Positions 19,889 to 30,331 of a stretch of DNA of 64,000 bases are shown piece by piece; the first letter of the stretch is position 1; each line of letters begins with the position of its first letter. Where the stretch lies: NCBI GenBank assembly GCA_963711835.1, contig CAVQFQ010000017.1, forward strand, positions 512,001 through 576,000. Direction: 5' to 3'. Under the pieces are notes generated by a model, which saw nothing but the letters and a program-made list of their open reading frames with translations, had not been told where the DNA came from and made no database searches. A program made the translations under genes and the position numbers. This stretch comes from an uncultured delta proteobacterium (GTDB taxonomy: Bacteria; Desulfobacterota; RBG-13-43-22).

Positions 19889-20147
19889 TTGAATGACGAA
19901 CTGATATTGAATCAACTCGAAGAACTGGCCGATAAGCTCGGGATAGAGATCCGCTACGAAAACGTAAACGGAGATGAAGCACCCGGTGCCGGCGGGCTCT
20001 GCCGTCTCAAGGGAGCCTACCGTTTTGATTATCCACTCCCAGGCACCGTTGAAGGACAAGATACAGCTCCTGACCGAGGTCTTAAAGCGATTTCCCATCG
20101 GTGACATCTATGTCAGACCGGTTATCCGGGAGCTGTTGGAGGGATAA
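19889..20147 (+). CDS. small hypothetical protein (about 85 aa), frameshifted
   Basis: LEELADKLGIEIRYE...GGLCRLKG; removing one C at 20020-20021 continues YVLIIHSQAP...DIYVRPVIRELLEG*. Confidence 0.7.
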
Positions 20148-20366
20148 TAGAAAAAAAGGGGGGACGTTGGTGCAGCCGTTGCTTGGTGTAACAGCTCATA
20201 GCTTCAATAACGCGTGGTTGATCGCTGACAGCGAAAGAAACGAATCATCACCGCGGAGCCGCAGAAGGACCGCCGGCTCATTCAACACGGCGAAGTACAT
20301 AAGCCTTGACCTTTCCGGCCGGGTGTTCTAACTTATTAGAAATTCTTTTAGGAAATCGAATTAAAA

Positions 20367-20708
20367 ATGCACGAAATGGCAATCGCTCAAAGCATTATTG
20401 ATATTGTGGAACAGGAAATGGCCCGCCATGGGGTGACCAAGGTCAAAACCATTCGGCTGGTGGTGGGGGAGTTCACGGCCGTGGTCCCGGACAGTCTATC
20501 TTTCTGTTTTGAAATAATCACCAAGGAAACTCCTCTCGAAGGGGTGGAGATAGAAATGGAACAGGTCCCCCTGACCGGGCGCTGTAAGTCCTGCAGCCAG
20601 GAATTCCCCATCCAGGAATATAAATTTATTTGTCCTCAGTGCGGTTCCAAAGAGGTCGAGGCCATCGCCGGGAAAGAGTTATTTGTGAAAGAAATCGAAG
20701 CGGAATAG
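20367..20708 (+). CDS. hypA: hydrogenase nickel metallochaperone
   Basis: MHE N-terminus; two CxxC pairs; GKEL. Confidence 0.97.
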   Translation: MHEMAIAQSIIDIVEQEMARHGVTKVKTIRLVVGEFTAVVPDSLSFCFEIITKETPLEGVEIEMEQVPLTGRCKSCSQEFPIQEYKFICPQCGSKEVEAIAGKELFVKEIEAE

Positions 20709-20766
20709 AAAAACAGCTCATAGCGGACAGCCCTAAGCTGATAGATAAGACGAAAAGGAAAGATCA

Positions 20767-21429
20767 ATGAAAGTACCGGTAGTGAGAAATGTGTTGGAGG
20801 CCAATGAACAATTAGCCGAACAAAACCGGACCTTTTTTAAGGAAAAGGGGTTGCTGGTTCTAAATTTAATGAGTTCTCCGGGCGCCGGGAAGACCACCCT
20901 GCTGGAACGGACCGTGGAGGCCTTAAAGGATCGGATTCGCATCGGGGTGATTGAAGGAGATATCCAGTCCACCTATGATGCCGAAAGGATCGCCCGGCAT
21001 GGGGTGGCCGCCGTTCAGATCAATACCGGCGGGGCCTGTCATCTGGACAGCCGCATGATTCAGGCGGCCTTAAAGGAGATGGACCCGGCAGCCCTGGATT
21101 TATTGGTGGTGGAAAATGTGGGCAACCTGGTCTGCCCGGCTGAATTTGATATGGGGGAAGATCACAAGGTGATGATCCTGAGCGTTACCGAAGGGGACGA
21201 CAAGCCGCTCAAATACCCTTTGATGTTCGCCAAATCCAGCGTGCTGCTGATCAATAAAATCGATCTGCTTCCTTATATCCAGACCAGCGTCGAATTGATC
21301 CGTAAAATTTCCCTTGAGATCAATCCCCACCTGGAGATCTTCGAAGTCTCCTGCCAGAATCGGACCGGCCTGGAAGCCTGGTATGATTGGATCCTGCAAC
21401 GGGTACCGCATTATACAGGCCTGGCCTGA
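20767..21429 (+). CDS. hypB: hydrogenase nickel incorporation GTPase
   Basis: SSPGAGKT, GACHL, ENVGNLVCPA, DKPLKYP, NKID. Confidence 0.97.
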   Translation: MKVPVVRNVLEANEQLAEQNRTFFKEKGLLVLNLMSSPGAGKTTLLERTVEALKDRIRIGVIEGDIQSTYDAERIARHGVAAVQINTGGACHLDSRMIQAALKEMDPAALDLLVVENVGNLVCPAEFDMGEDHKVMILSVTEGDDKPLKYPLMFAKSSVLLINKIDLLPYIQTSVELIRKISLEINPHLEIFEVSCQNRTGLEAWYDWILQRVPHYTGLA

Positions 21430-21435
21430 ATCGCC

Positions 21436-21466
21436 AGGCGTGAGGCGTGAGGCGAGAGGCGCAAGG
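21436..21466. repeat. heptamer tandem array
   Basis: AGGCGTG-AGGCGTG-AGGCGAG-AGGCGCA between hypB and hypF. Confidence 0.7.
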
Positions 21467-21538
21467 AACAAAGGGCCTGAGGTGCAGAGATCTTTCTCCC
21501 ATGACAGGGTAATGCAAAACCTGCCAAGATTTTCCCTA

Positions 21539-23818
21539 ATGAAGTTCCGCTATAAAGTAACCGTTCAGGGCATTGTCCAAGGGGTGGGGTTCCGACCTTT
21601 CCTTTATCAACAAGCCGCTCTTCGAGGAATGACCGGTTTCGTGACCAACACCTCCCAGGGGGTGGAATTGGAAATCGAAGGTCGACAGCAGGACCTGGCC
21701 GATTTTCTGAAGACCTTACAGAACCAGCCCCCGCCTCTGGCTAAAATTATCGACCTCCAGGTCCGCCCTATCCCACTGACCCATGACCTTGAATTCCAAA
21801 TCCGGGAGAGTGTCCACCGGGAAGAACGCTCGGCCCTTATTTCGCCGGATATGGCCACCTGTGCCGACTGCCTCAGGGAACTCGAGGACCCTCAGGACCG
21901 CCGTTATCAATATCCCTTTATCAACTGCACCAATTGCGGTCCCCGTTACACGATCATAAAGGATATCCCCTATGACCGGGACAAAACCACCATGGCGGCC
22001 TTTGCCCTGTGTCCCGAGTGCGCCCGGGAATATCATTCCCCTTTGGACCGGAGGTTCCATGCCCAGCCCAATGCCTGCTGGACATGCGGTCCCCAGGTGT
22101 CGCTTTGCGATGACCGGGGCAAGGTCCTGGAGACCCGGGAGCCGATTAAAGAAGCGGCCCGGCTCCTTAAGGAGGCCCGGATCATTGCCGTCAAGGGCTT
22201 GGGAGGATTTCACCTGGTCGTGGATGCCTGCCAGGAGGATGCGGTTCAAGGCTTAAGGGCCAGGAAACACCGGGAAGAAAAACCTTTGGCCTTGATGTCC
22301 AAGGACCTGGAAACAGTCGCCCATTATGCCTGGCTTGATCCTGAAGAATCCGAAATAATTCAATCCCGGGAACGCCCGATTCTCCTGCTCAGAAAAAAGA
22401 TCCCCAATTCCATCGCTCCCTCAGTAGCACCCTGCAACCAGTATTATGGCGTTATGCTGCCCTATACCCCGATTCATCATCTGCTCTTGGATCAGGGATT
22501 TTCAGCACTGGTCATGACCAGCGGAAACCTCTCCGAGGAGCCTATCTGCAAGGATAACCAAGAGGCTTTTCGACGGCTGAGGGGCATAGCCGATTTCTTT
22601 CTGATCCATAATCGGGAGATCCATCTCCGGAGCGACGATTCGATAGTTCAAAAGGTTTCGGGGCGCCTGCGGCAGCTCCGGCGATCCCGGGGTTTTGTGC
22701 CAGTGCCTATCTTTTTGAAAGAGCCCCTTTCCCCAATTCTGGCTTGCGGGGCCGAGCTGAAAAATACCGTTTGTCTGACCAAAGACAACCGGGCTTTTCT
22801 CAGCCAGCATATCGGTGACCTGGAGAATCTCGAAACCCTGGAATTCTTTAAGCTGACCATTCATCATTTGAAACAGATCCTCCAAATCGAGCCTGAAATC
22901 ATCGCCTATGACCTCCATCCGGACTATCTCAGCACGCAATATGCCCTGGAACAAAAAGGCGTGCGGTTAATCGGAGTCCAGCATCACTTCGCCCACCTGG
23001 TGGGCTGCATGGCCGAACACGGCCTGGATGAAAAAGTCATTGGGCTTGCTCTCGACGGCTCCGGCTACGGCCTGGATGGCCGAATCTGGGGTGGTGAGGT
23101 CCTGGTCGGAGACCTGGCCTCTTTTGAACGGCGGGGGCATTTCGCCTACCTGCCTATGCCCGGGGGAGCCAAGGCCATCAAGGAACCCTGGCGCATGGCC
23201 GTCAGTTACCTGGTCCAGGCCTTTGGCGAAGGCCTTTGGGACCTCCCCCTGCCCCTGCTGGCCAAGATTCCCCGGTCCAAGGTGGAAACCATCCTAAAAA
23301 TGATCCAGCAGCAAATCAACAGTCCTCTGACCTCAAGCTGCGGCCGGCTTTTTGACGGCGTAGCCGCTCTGGTGGGGCTAAGAGAAAGCGTGGCCTTTGA
23401 AGGCCAGGCGGCTATGGAACTGGAGATGATCCAAGACCAGAGCCCGACCCGGCCGTATCCCTGGGAATTTAAAAAAGAAGGAACGACCCATTTGATTCTC
23501 CCTCAGCCTATTATTCAGGGGGTGGTGGCGGATATGGCCGGCCAGGCTTCCAGAGAGCAGATCAGCCGCCGCTTCCATCTTACCCTGATGGAGGTTTTCA
23601 GCAGGGTCTGCCTGAAGCTGCGGGATGAGACCGGGTTTGAAAAGGTGGTTCTGGGCGGAGGCGTTTTTCAGAACCGCACCCTTTTAACCGGCCTGGAAGA
23701 AAGATTGCAACGGGAAGGCTTTCAGGTTTATAGTAAGGTCCAGGTCCCCACTAATGATGGCGGTATTGCCTTGGGACAGGCAGTGGCCGCCCATTATATG
23801 AGCAAAAGAAGGGGATGA
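21539..23818 (+). CDS. hypF: carbamoyltransferase
   Basis: GIVQGVGFRP acylphosphatase domain, CTNCGPRY zinc finger, KGLGGFHL, QHH, PTNDGGI; exact start uncertain. Confidence 0.97.
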   Translation: MKFRYKVTVQGIVQGVGFRPFLYQQAALRGMTGFVTNTSQGVELEIEGRQQDLADFLKTLQNQPPPLAKIIDLQVRPIPLTHDLEFQIRESVHREERSALISPDMATCADCLRELEDPQDRRYQYPFINCTNCGPRYTIIKDIPYDRDKTTMAAFALCPECAREYHSPLDRRFHAQPNACWTCGPQVSLCDDRGKVLETREPIKEAARLLKEARIIAVKGLGGFHLVVDACQEDAVQGLRARKHREEKPLALMSKDLETVAHYAWLDPEESEIIQSRERPILLLRKKIPNSIAPSVAPCNQYYGVMLPYTPIHHLLLDQGFSALVMTSGNLSEEPICKDNQEAFRRLRGIADFFLIHNREIHLRSDDSIVQKVSGRLRQLRRSRGFVPVPIFLKEPLSPILACGAELKNTVCLTKDNRAFLSQHIGDLENLETLEFFKLTIHHLKQILQIEPEIIAYDLHPDYLSTQYALEQKGVRLIGVQHHFAHLVGCMAEHGLDEKVIGLALDGSGYGLDGRIWGGEVLVGDLASFERRGHFAYLPMPGGAKAIKEPWRMAVSYLVQAFGEGLWDLPLPLLAKIPRSKVETILKMIQQQINSPLTSSCGRLFDGVAALVGLRESVAFEGQAAMELEMIQDQSPTRPYPWEFKKEGTTHLILPQPIIQGVVADMAGQASREQISRRFHLTLMEVFSRVCLKLRDETGFEKVVLGGGVFQNRTLLTGLEERLQREGFQVYSKVQVPTNDGGIALGQAVAAHYMSKRRG

Positions 23819-24666
23819 AGGACGCGGTTATGATCGCCTCTCTTCACCCTTGTATAACGAAAGACCTTAATATCCTTTGCGCCGGCAGGTCGTTGACCGA
23901 CCGGGAAAAAAAGAAGCTGCAAAAGGCCCGAGCCGTCATCGTTGCCCAAGGGGTAACGGCCGAGGTCTATCGGGAGTGCCGCAGGCTGGTCCCGCAGGTC
24001 TTTCCCAATTACGACCTGCGTTTTCCCCTGGAAGGAAAAGTGGGGGACAGCCTTCTCTTTGAATACTATCAGGTGCCTCATCCCAAAACCCTTCTTTTTG
24101 AGAATCAAGAGGCCTTGGTGAAGCATTATCCCGATCCGGAGATAGTTCCCTCCCTGCTCTCGGGATATCCTTATGTCTTCAAGGCCAACCTGGGGGGGGA
24201 AGGAGCCTTTGTTTTTTTGATCCATTCCGAAGCGGAATTATCGGAAAAATTGGCCTGGTTGCCAAAAGGGGATAAGGCCTCTGAAGGATTCGTACTCCAG
24301 GAACGAATTGACCATGGGGGCCGGGATTTGCGGGTGGCGGTTATATTTGATGCCCTCTATGCCTATTGGCGAGTCCAGGACAACCCGGAGGTGTTTTATA
24401 CCAACCTTAGCCAGGGAGGCCGGATTGTGCCTATCGGCGAAGCGTCTCCGGAAAAAAAGGCCCTCCAGGGGGTTAGGGAATTTTGCCGCCGGAGCGGGAT
24501 TAATTTGGCCGGTTTTGATATTATCTTCGATCGAAAAAACGACCCGGCCCGCCCTTTATTTTTAGAAATTAATTATTATTTTGGAAGAAAGGGGCTGGGA
24601 GGATCCCTGCGCTTTTATGAGTTGTTGTCACGGGGGGCTGACCGCTGGTTGGCCTCTCTGGATTAA
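23815..24666 (+). CDS. RimK-like ATP-grasp protein
   Basis: YPYVFKANLGGEG, FVLQERI, DLRV, TNLSQGG, GFD, LEIN motifs; ATGA overlap with the hypF stop. Confidence 0.8.
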   Translation: MKDAVMIASLHPCITKDLNILCAGRSLTDREKKKLQKARAVIVAQGVTAEVYRECRRLVPQVFPNYDLRFPLEGKVGDSLLFEYYQVPHPKTLLFENQEALVKHYPDPEIVPSLLSGYPYVFKANLGGEGAFVFLIHSEAELSEKLAWLPKGDKASEGFVLQERIDHGGRDLRVAVIFDALYAYWRVQDNPEVFYTNLSQGGRIVPIGEASPEKKALQGVREFCRRSGINLAGFDIIFDRKNDPARPLFLEINYYFGRKGLGGSLRFYELLSRGADRWLASLD

Positions 24667-24730
24667 GAAGAAAAATCAGGTTCAGCACAAAGCCGAGGGC
24701 CTTGAGCGGATCGGCTTTTAAGGAGTAGTT

Positions 24731-24967
24731 ATGTGTTTGGCCATTCCCATGGAAGTAAAAGAGATCAGGGAGAACTGGGCCCTGGTGGAATACGAGGGGA
24801 CGCGGAGAGAGGTCCGTTTGGATATTGTAGACCAACGACCCGAATTAGGGGATTATGTGATTATCCACGCCGGTTTTGCCCTTCATCTCATTGATGAGGA
24901 GGATGCCCGGGAGAGTTTGAAATACTGGAAGGAAATACTGGCCCATGCCGATGAAGCATTTGAGTGA
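24731..24967 (+). CDS. hypC: hydrogenase assembly chaperone
   Basis: MCLAIP N-terminus; GDYVIIHAGFA. Confidence 0.97.
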   Translation: MCLAIPMEVKEIRENWALVEYEGTRREVRLDIVDQRPELGDYVIIHAGFALHLIDEEDARESLKYWKEILAHADEAFE

Positions 24968-26033
24968 GTACCGGGATAAATCCTTAGCTCAAAAAATAAT
25001 CAGGGCGATTCAAAACCGATCCCGAAAACCGATTCGGCTGATGGAGGTCTGCGGGACCCACACGGTATCGATCTTCCGCCATGGCATCCGCCAGGTGTTG
25101 CCTTCCACCATTGATCTGATTTCCGGCCCCGGGTGTCCGGTTTGCGTCACGGCTACGGAAGAAATCGACCAAGCCATAGTCCTGGCCAGGGTTCCCGGGG
25201 TGATGGTAACTACCTTCGGCGATTTGATTCGCGTTCCCGGATCTTCATCGTCATTACAGCTGGAAAGGGCCTCAGGGGCGGATGTCCGCCTGGTCTATTC
25301 CACCTTTGATGCCTTGAAATATGCCCAGGATTACCCGAATAAACAGGTCGTCTTTCTGGCCATTGGTTTCGAAACCACAGCACCGACCATCGCCGCGGCC
25401 GTTTTGGAGGCCGATCGCCTTGGGCTGAAGAATTTTTATATTCTGACCGCCCACAAATTGCTTCCTCCGGCCCTGGCGGCCCTACTGAATTCCGAGGATT
25501 TGAATATTCAGGGTTTTATCTATCCGGGCCATGTCACCACCATTATCGGGACCAAGGCCTATGAAGAGGTGGCCCGGACCTATCAGGTGCCCGGAGTGGT
25601 CAGCGGTTTTGAACCGGTCGATATCCTGGAAACAGTCCTTATGCTGGTTAACCAGATTGAAGAGCAGCAGGCCCGGGTGGAGATCCAGTATAAACGGGGT
25701 GTCAGGGCGGAAGGGAACCTCATGGCCTTATCCGTTCTGGACCGGGTCTTCCGGCCCTGCGATGCCGTCTGGCGGGGTCTGGGGATGATTCCACAAAGCG
25801 GCTTGACCTTGCGGGCCGAGTTCCGGGCTTTTGCTGCGGAAGATGTTTTTGATCTTCAGGTCCCGCCGGCTCAGGACTATCCCGGCTGCGCCTGCGGCGA
25901 GGTCCTGAGGGGTGTAAAAACCCCTCTGGAGTGCAGGCTTTTCCGTTCGGTTTGCGGGCCCGACAGCCCCATCGGTCCCTGTATGGTCTCCAGCGAAGGA
26001 ACCTGCGCTGCTTATTACAAATACCATGAGTAG
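24951..26033 (+). CDS. hypD: hydrogenase formation protein
   Basis: MEVCGTHT, GPGCPVC, GFETT, PGHV, CMVSSEGTCAA. Confidence 0.97.
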   Translation: MKHLSEYRDKSLAQKIIRAIQNRSRKPIRLMEVCGTHTVSIFRHGIRQVLPSTIDLISGPGCPVCVTATEEIDQAIVLARVPGVMVTTFGDLIRVPGSSSSLQLERASGADVRLVYSTFDALKYAQDYPNKQVVFLAIGFETTAPTIAAAVLEADRLGLKNFYILTAHKLLPPALAALLNSEDLNIQGFIYPGHVTTIIGTKAYEEVARTYQVPGVVSGFEPVDILETVLMLVNQIEEQQARVEIQYKRGVRAEGNLMALSVLDRVFRPCDAVWRGLGMIPQSGLTLRAEFRAFAAEDVFDLQVPPAQDYPGCACGEVLRGVKTPLECRLFRSVCGPDSPIGPCMVSSEGTCAAYYKYHE

Positions 26034-26039
26034 AAAATA

Positions 26040-26139
26040 AGCGGTCAGCTTTCAGCAGTCAGCTAAACGGAAAAACTGGCCGTTATTTCTTTGAATGAAT
26101 TATTATACGCTGATCGCTGAGTGCTCGCTGATGGTAGCT
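26040..26139. repeat. inverted pair of heptamer arrays
   Basis: AGCGGTC-AGCTTTC-AGCAGTC-AGC ... GCTGATC-GCTGAGT-...GCTGATG between hypD and hypE. Confidence 0.65.
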
Positions 26140-26154
26140 AAAAAGGAATCCCTC

Positions 26155-27165
26155 ATGAACCGGGAAAAGATTCTTCTTGATCATGGAAGCGGGGGCCGGG
26201 CCTCCCACGAATTGATTGAAACCTACTTTGTGCCCCGCTTTCAAAACCCTTTTCTAAATGACCTGAACGACAGCGCCGTAGTTAATTTTTCAGAGGTCCG
26301 CCTGGCCTTTACCACCGACAGCTATGTAGTGGACCCCATTTTTTTCCCGGGAGGAGATATCGGTTCCCTGGCCGTCTGCGGAACCGTGAATGACTTGTCC
26401 ATGAGAGGCGCCCGGCCTTACTACTTGAGCCTTGGTTTTATCCTTGAAGAGGGATTCCCCCTGGAGGACTTGAAACGGATCCTGCTCTCTATGGAACAGG
26501 CCGTTCGGGAAGCGGGAGTCCAGATCGTTACCGGAGACACCAAGGTCGTGCCCAAGGGATCAGCCGATAAAATATTCATCAATACCTCAGGCCTCGGTCT
26601 GATTCCCGAGGGAATCAGCATAGCCGGCCAGAATGCCCTGCCGGGGGATGCCGTTCTCCTGAGTGGTTGCGTAGGGGATCATGGCCTGACCATTCTTTCA
26701 AAAAGAGAAGGGCTGGCCTTTGATTCGCCCTTGAAGAGCGATGTGGCCCCGTTAAATCACCTGGTCCGGGAGATGCTGGCCGTAAGCTCGGAAATCCATG
26801 TCTTGCGCGACCCCACCCGCGGGGGGTTGGCCACCACCTTAAATGAAATCGCCCAACAATCCCAGGTCGGTTTGGAACTTTGGGAGGACAGGATACCGAT
26901 TCGGGGGAGCGTTCTGGCGGCCTCTGAGATCCTGGGATTGGATCCTCTTTACGTCGCCAATGAAGGCAAGCTGGTCGCCATCCTTCCGCAATCGCAGGCC
27001 GAGGCGGTTCTGGCGGCCATGAAAAAGAATCCCTATGGCAAGGAGGCCGCTATCATCGGCCGGGTGAAATCTGAACATCCCGGTCGGGTGGTCATGAAAA
27101 CCGCCATCGGCGGGAAAAGGTTGGTGGATATGCTCTCCGGGGAACAATTGCCCCGCATTTGTTAG
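26155..27165 (+). CDS. hypE: carbamoyl dehydratase
   Basis: HGSGG, FTTDSYVV, GDTKVV, DPTRGG, C-terminal PRIC. Confidence 0.97.
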   Translation: MNREKILLDHGSGGRASHELIETYFVPRFQNPFLNDLNDSAVVNFSEVRLAFTTDSYVVDPIFFPGGDIGSLAVCGTVNDLSMRGARPYYLSLGFILEEGFPLEDLKRILLSMEQAVREAGVQIVTGDTKVVPKGSADKIFINTSGLGLIPEGISIAGQNALPGDAVLLSGCVGDHGLTILSKREGLAFDSPLKSDVAPLNHLVREMLAVSSEIHVLRDPTRGGLATTLNEIAQQSQVGLELWEDRIPIRGSVLAASEILGLDPLYVANEGKLVAILPQSQAEAVLAAMKKNPYGKEAAIIGRVKSEHPGRVVMKTAIGGKRLVDMLSGEQLPRIC

Positions 27166-27231
27166 CCTCCGTTTGCCTGTTCCGGCCTCTGGTCGGCTGG
27201 CCGAGATAAAGAAAATAACTTCAGAACCTTC

Positions 27232-28377
27232 TTAATGGCCTAATAGGCTGCGGGCCACGATCTGTTTTTCCATCTCCTTGGTGCCCTCGTAGATCTCCAG
27301 GATCTTGGCGTCGCGGTAGAAGCGCTGGATATCGTATTCGTCTATATAGCCGTAGCCCCCGTGCATCTGGAGGGCCTCATCGACCGCCCGGACCGCCATT
27401 TCCCCTGAAAACCACTTGGCCATGGCGATCAGGCCATGGTCGACCTGGCCGTGATCCACCTTCCAGGCCGCTTTGTAATACAGGTTTCGGGCCGCTTCGA
27501 TCTTGGTAGCCATCTCGGCCAGCTTGAACTGGGTGACCTGAAAAGAAGCCAGGGTCTTGCCGAATTGCTTCCGCTGTTTGACATGACGCAGGGCCTGCTC
27601 CATGGCCCCTTGGGCCACACCCACCGCCTGGGCGCAGATATGCAGGCGGGTGCGGTTGAAAAATTCCATGAACTGGTAAAAGCCCTTCCCCGGCTGGCCG
27701 ATCAGGTGACTGGCCGGGACGGCCACCTCTTTGAAGGATAACTCGGCCGTATTGGAGGCCCGAATGCCCAGCTTGCCATGGATCTTGGTGGCCTGAAACC
27801 CTGGAGAATCCGTTTCCACCAGGATGACGCTGTGGCGGTTGTGGACGGAAGAGGCTTGAGGGTCAGTCAGGCAATAAACCAGGACAACCTGGGCCAGGTT
27901 TCCGTTGGTGATAAACATCTTACTACCGCTGATGCGAAAGCCGTTCCCTTCCGGGTTGGCCGTGGTGACGGCTGCCGTGATGTCGCTGCCGGCATCGGAT
28001 TCGGTTATAGCGGAAGCCATAATGGCCTCGCCGGACACCAGGGGTGGCAGGTATTTGCTTTTCTGTTCTTCATTCCCAAAAAGGATGAGCATCTCCGAGC
28101 CGAAGGTCGTGGAAAGGATGGCTTGACCGCAGCCCGGGTCCACCCGCCAGAACTCCTCGGTGATCAAGCAATGTTCCAGATACCCCATGCCGACTCCCCC
28201 GTAGGTTTCAGGAATAAAGACCCCTACAAAACCCAGTTCACAAGCCTTCTTCCAGACCTTAAGATCGAACTCTTCCTTTTGATCGCATTCCCGGGCAATA
28301 GGTGGAAACTCCTTTTGAGCAAATTCCCGAGCTGCTTGTTTGATATCTTTCTGTTCCGCTGTCAATTCAAAATCCAC
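27232..28377 (-). CDS. acyl-CoA dehydrogenase
   Basis: AITESDAGSD, KMFITNG, KLGIRAS, RKQFG, QMHGGYGY, IYEGT. Confidence 0.95.
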   Translation of the reverse strand: MDFELTAEQKDIKQAAREFAQKEFPPIARECDQKEEFDLKVWKKACELGFVGVFIPETYGGVGMGYLEHCLITEEFWRVDPGCGQAILSTTFGSEMLILFGNEEQKSKYLPPLVSGEAIMASAITESDAGSDITAAVTTANPEGNGFRISGSKMFITNGNLAQVVLVYCLTDPQASSVHNRHSVILVETDSPGFQATKIHGKLGIRASNTAELSFKEVAVPASHLIGQPGKGFYQFMEFFNRTRLHICAQAVGVAQGAMEQALRHVKQRKQFGKTLASFQVTQFKLAEMATKIEAARNLYYKAAWKVDHGQVDHGLIAMAKWFSGEMAVRAVDEALQMHGGYGYIDEYDIQRFYRDAKILEIYEGTKEMEKQIVARSLLGH

Positions 28378-28394
28378 GAAAAGGTCCTCCTTTA

Positions 28395-29375
28395 TTATTT
28401 TAAGGGGTTCTCTTTTATTTTTCCTATCAGCGCCGGCACCACCTGGAACAAATCCCCAATGATGCCGTAATCGGCTACCTGAAAGATAGGCGCTTTGGGG
28501 TCTTTATTGACGGCAATGATGGTTTCCGATCCCTTCATACCTATCTGGTGCTGAAAGGCACCGCTGATCCCCAGGGCCAGATAGATCTTGGGCCGGACCG
28601 TTTTGCCCGAACAGCCCACCTGCCTTCCTTTGGGCAACCACTTCCAATCAGCCACCGGCCGGGAACAGGAGACCACTCCGCCCAACAGATCAGCCAACTC
28701 CTGGGCCAGGGAGATATTTTCGATATCTCCGATGCCTCGGCCAATCGAAACCAGGATGTCGGCTTGAGTAATATCAACCTCTTCGTTTTCTTGGTACAAA
28801 TACTGGATAAAATGTTTATAGTCCGGCTCTTCCGGAAGCGAAAGTCCGAGAACCTTTAGCTGTCCTGGGGAAGCCGGGGGCGAAGGCCAGGCCCAGGAGC
28901 CGGGACGGCAGGTAACCAAAAACGGGGGGCCGGATGTGGCAACCACCATGGATTGGATCTTGCCGTTATAGATTTGTCGCACACATCGAAGCGATTCCTG
29001 AGAAATGGAAACATCCAGACAATCGGTAATCAGGGGAATGTTCAGGGCCACCGACAAAGCCGGCGCCAGTTCCATTCCCTGGGCCGTATGTCCGATCAAA
29101 GCCGCCAGGGGAGGACCCTGGGACCAGAGTTCGGCCAGGACAGCCTGATAGGTTTCAGAGTGGAAATTTTCCAGGCTGGCCCCTTCCAGGGTCCAGATCT
29201 GATCGGCCTGGGATTGAAGGTCTTTGGCCATCTCAGAAATTTGATTGCCCAAGAGCAGGCAAACCAAAGGCACTCCCTGCTGCAGGGCCAGTTCCTTTCC
29301 CTTGGCCAGCATTTCCATGGTTATCTCGCGGAGGCTGCCCCCTCGATGTTCAGCCAAAACCCAGATGCCGCTCAT
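28395..29375 (-). CDS. etfA: electron transfer flavoprotein alpha subunit
   Basis: SIGRG, SRPVAD, QVGCSGKTV, GISGAFQH, AVNKDPKAPIF. Confidence 0.96.
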   Translation of the reverse strand: MSGIWVLAEHRGGSLREITMEMLAKGKELALQQGVPLVCLLLGNQISEMAKDLQSQADQIWTLEGASLENFHSETYQAVLAELWSQGPPLAALIGHTAQGMELAPALSVALNIPLITDCLDVSISQESLRCVRQIYNGKIQSMVVATSGPPFLVTCRPGSWAWPSPPASPGQLKVLGLSLPEEPDYKHFIQYLYQENEEVDITQADILVSIGRGIGDIENISLAQELADLLGGVVSCSRPVADWKWLPKGRQVGCSGKTVRPKIYLALGISGAFQHQIGMKGSETIIAVNKDPKAPIFQVADYGIIGDLFQVVPALIGKIKENPLK

Positions 29376-30166
29376 ATCCCGATCCCTCCCTTGCTTTTTA
29401 TAATCTCAATCAGTTGGGAGGCGAGTTCTTCGCCCTTTCCGGTCAGGATCCGAGCCTGCTTGCCCAGCGGGGGTAAGGAAAGAGACTCCACCTGAATTCG
29501 GGAACCTGAGGCGCCGACCTCTCCGGCCGAAAGACCCAGGTCTCCCAGGCCCTTCAATTGGATTTCTTTGTCACGGATCTTACGAATGCGCATGACCGAA
29601 ACGTATCGTGGTTCGTTGATGCCGGTTTGAATGGTCAGAAGGGCCGGGAGGGTCATGGCGAGGACCTCTTCCATACCGGCTTCCAGTTCCCTGAAAACCT
29701 TAATCCGGTCTTGATCCCATTCAACCCTGGTAACTAAAGTGGCATGGGGCATTCCCAGGAGTTCAGCCAGATTCACCCCCACTTGCCCCCAACCTTCGTC
29801 ACCGCTTCGGGCACCGGTCAGGATCAAATCGAAACGTTGATCTCCCACTGCCCGTTGAATAACCTTGGCCAAAACCCCTGGGTCGGAGTCCTGCAATTGG
29901 GGGTCCTGGATGTGGATGGCCTCGTCAGCCCCCATGGCCAATCCGCGGCGCAGGATATCCTGGGCCTCCGGTTCGCCGACCGTCAGGACAGTTACCTGAG
30001 CCTCCCGGGCCTCTTTAATCCGGATGGCCTCTTCCAGGGCATAGCTGTCCCATTCATTCAAGGAATACACCAACTGGTCCCTTTTGATGTCCTTGCCGTC
30101 GGAGGTGATCTGGAGATCAACCTCTGTTGTGTCAGGGACCCTTTTTAGACAAACCAGAATCTTCAT
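29372..30166 (-). CDS. etfB: electron transfer flavoprotein beta subunit
   Basis: MKILVCLKRVPD, LAMGADEA, INEPRY. Confidence 0.96.
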   Translation of the reverse strand: MKILVCLKRVPDTTEVDLQITSDGKDIKRDQLVYSLNEWDSYALEEAIRIKEAREAQVTVLTVGEPEAQDILRRGLAMGADEAIHIQDPQLQDSDPGVLAKVIQRAVGDQRFDLILTGARSGDEGWGQVGVNLAELLGMPHATLVTRVEWDQDRIKVFRELEAGMEEVLAMTLPALLTIQTGINEPRYVSVMRIRKIRDKEIQLKGLGDLGLSAGEVGASGSRIQVESLSLPPLGKQARILTGKGEELASQLIEIIKSKGGIGI

Positions 30167-30331
30167 CCCTAATGCCTCCCTTATCGGTGCGATTAAGGTC
30201 GCCCCCACCGCTCGCGTATTTCAACGTCACTATTTGCTTGTAGCTTTCTTGAAGCCTTTAAACCTCTAATGTTATTTATTGTCCTACTAAAAAACCCCCA
30301 GAAATTCAAATCATAAAATTATGAATCCTTG

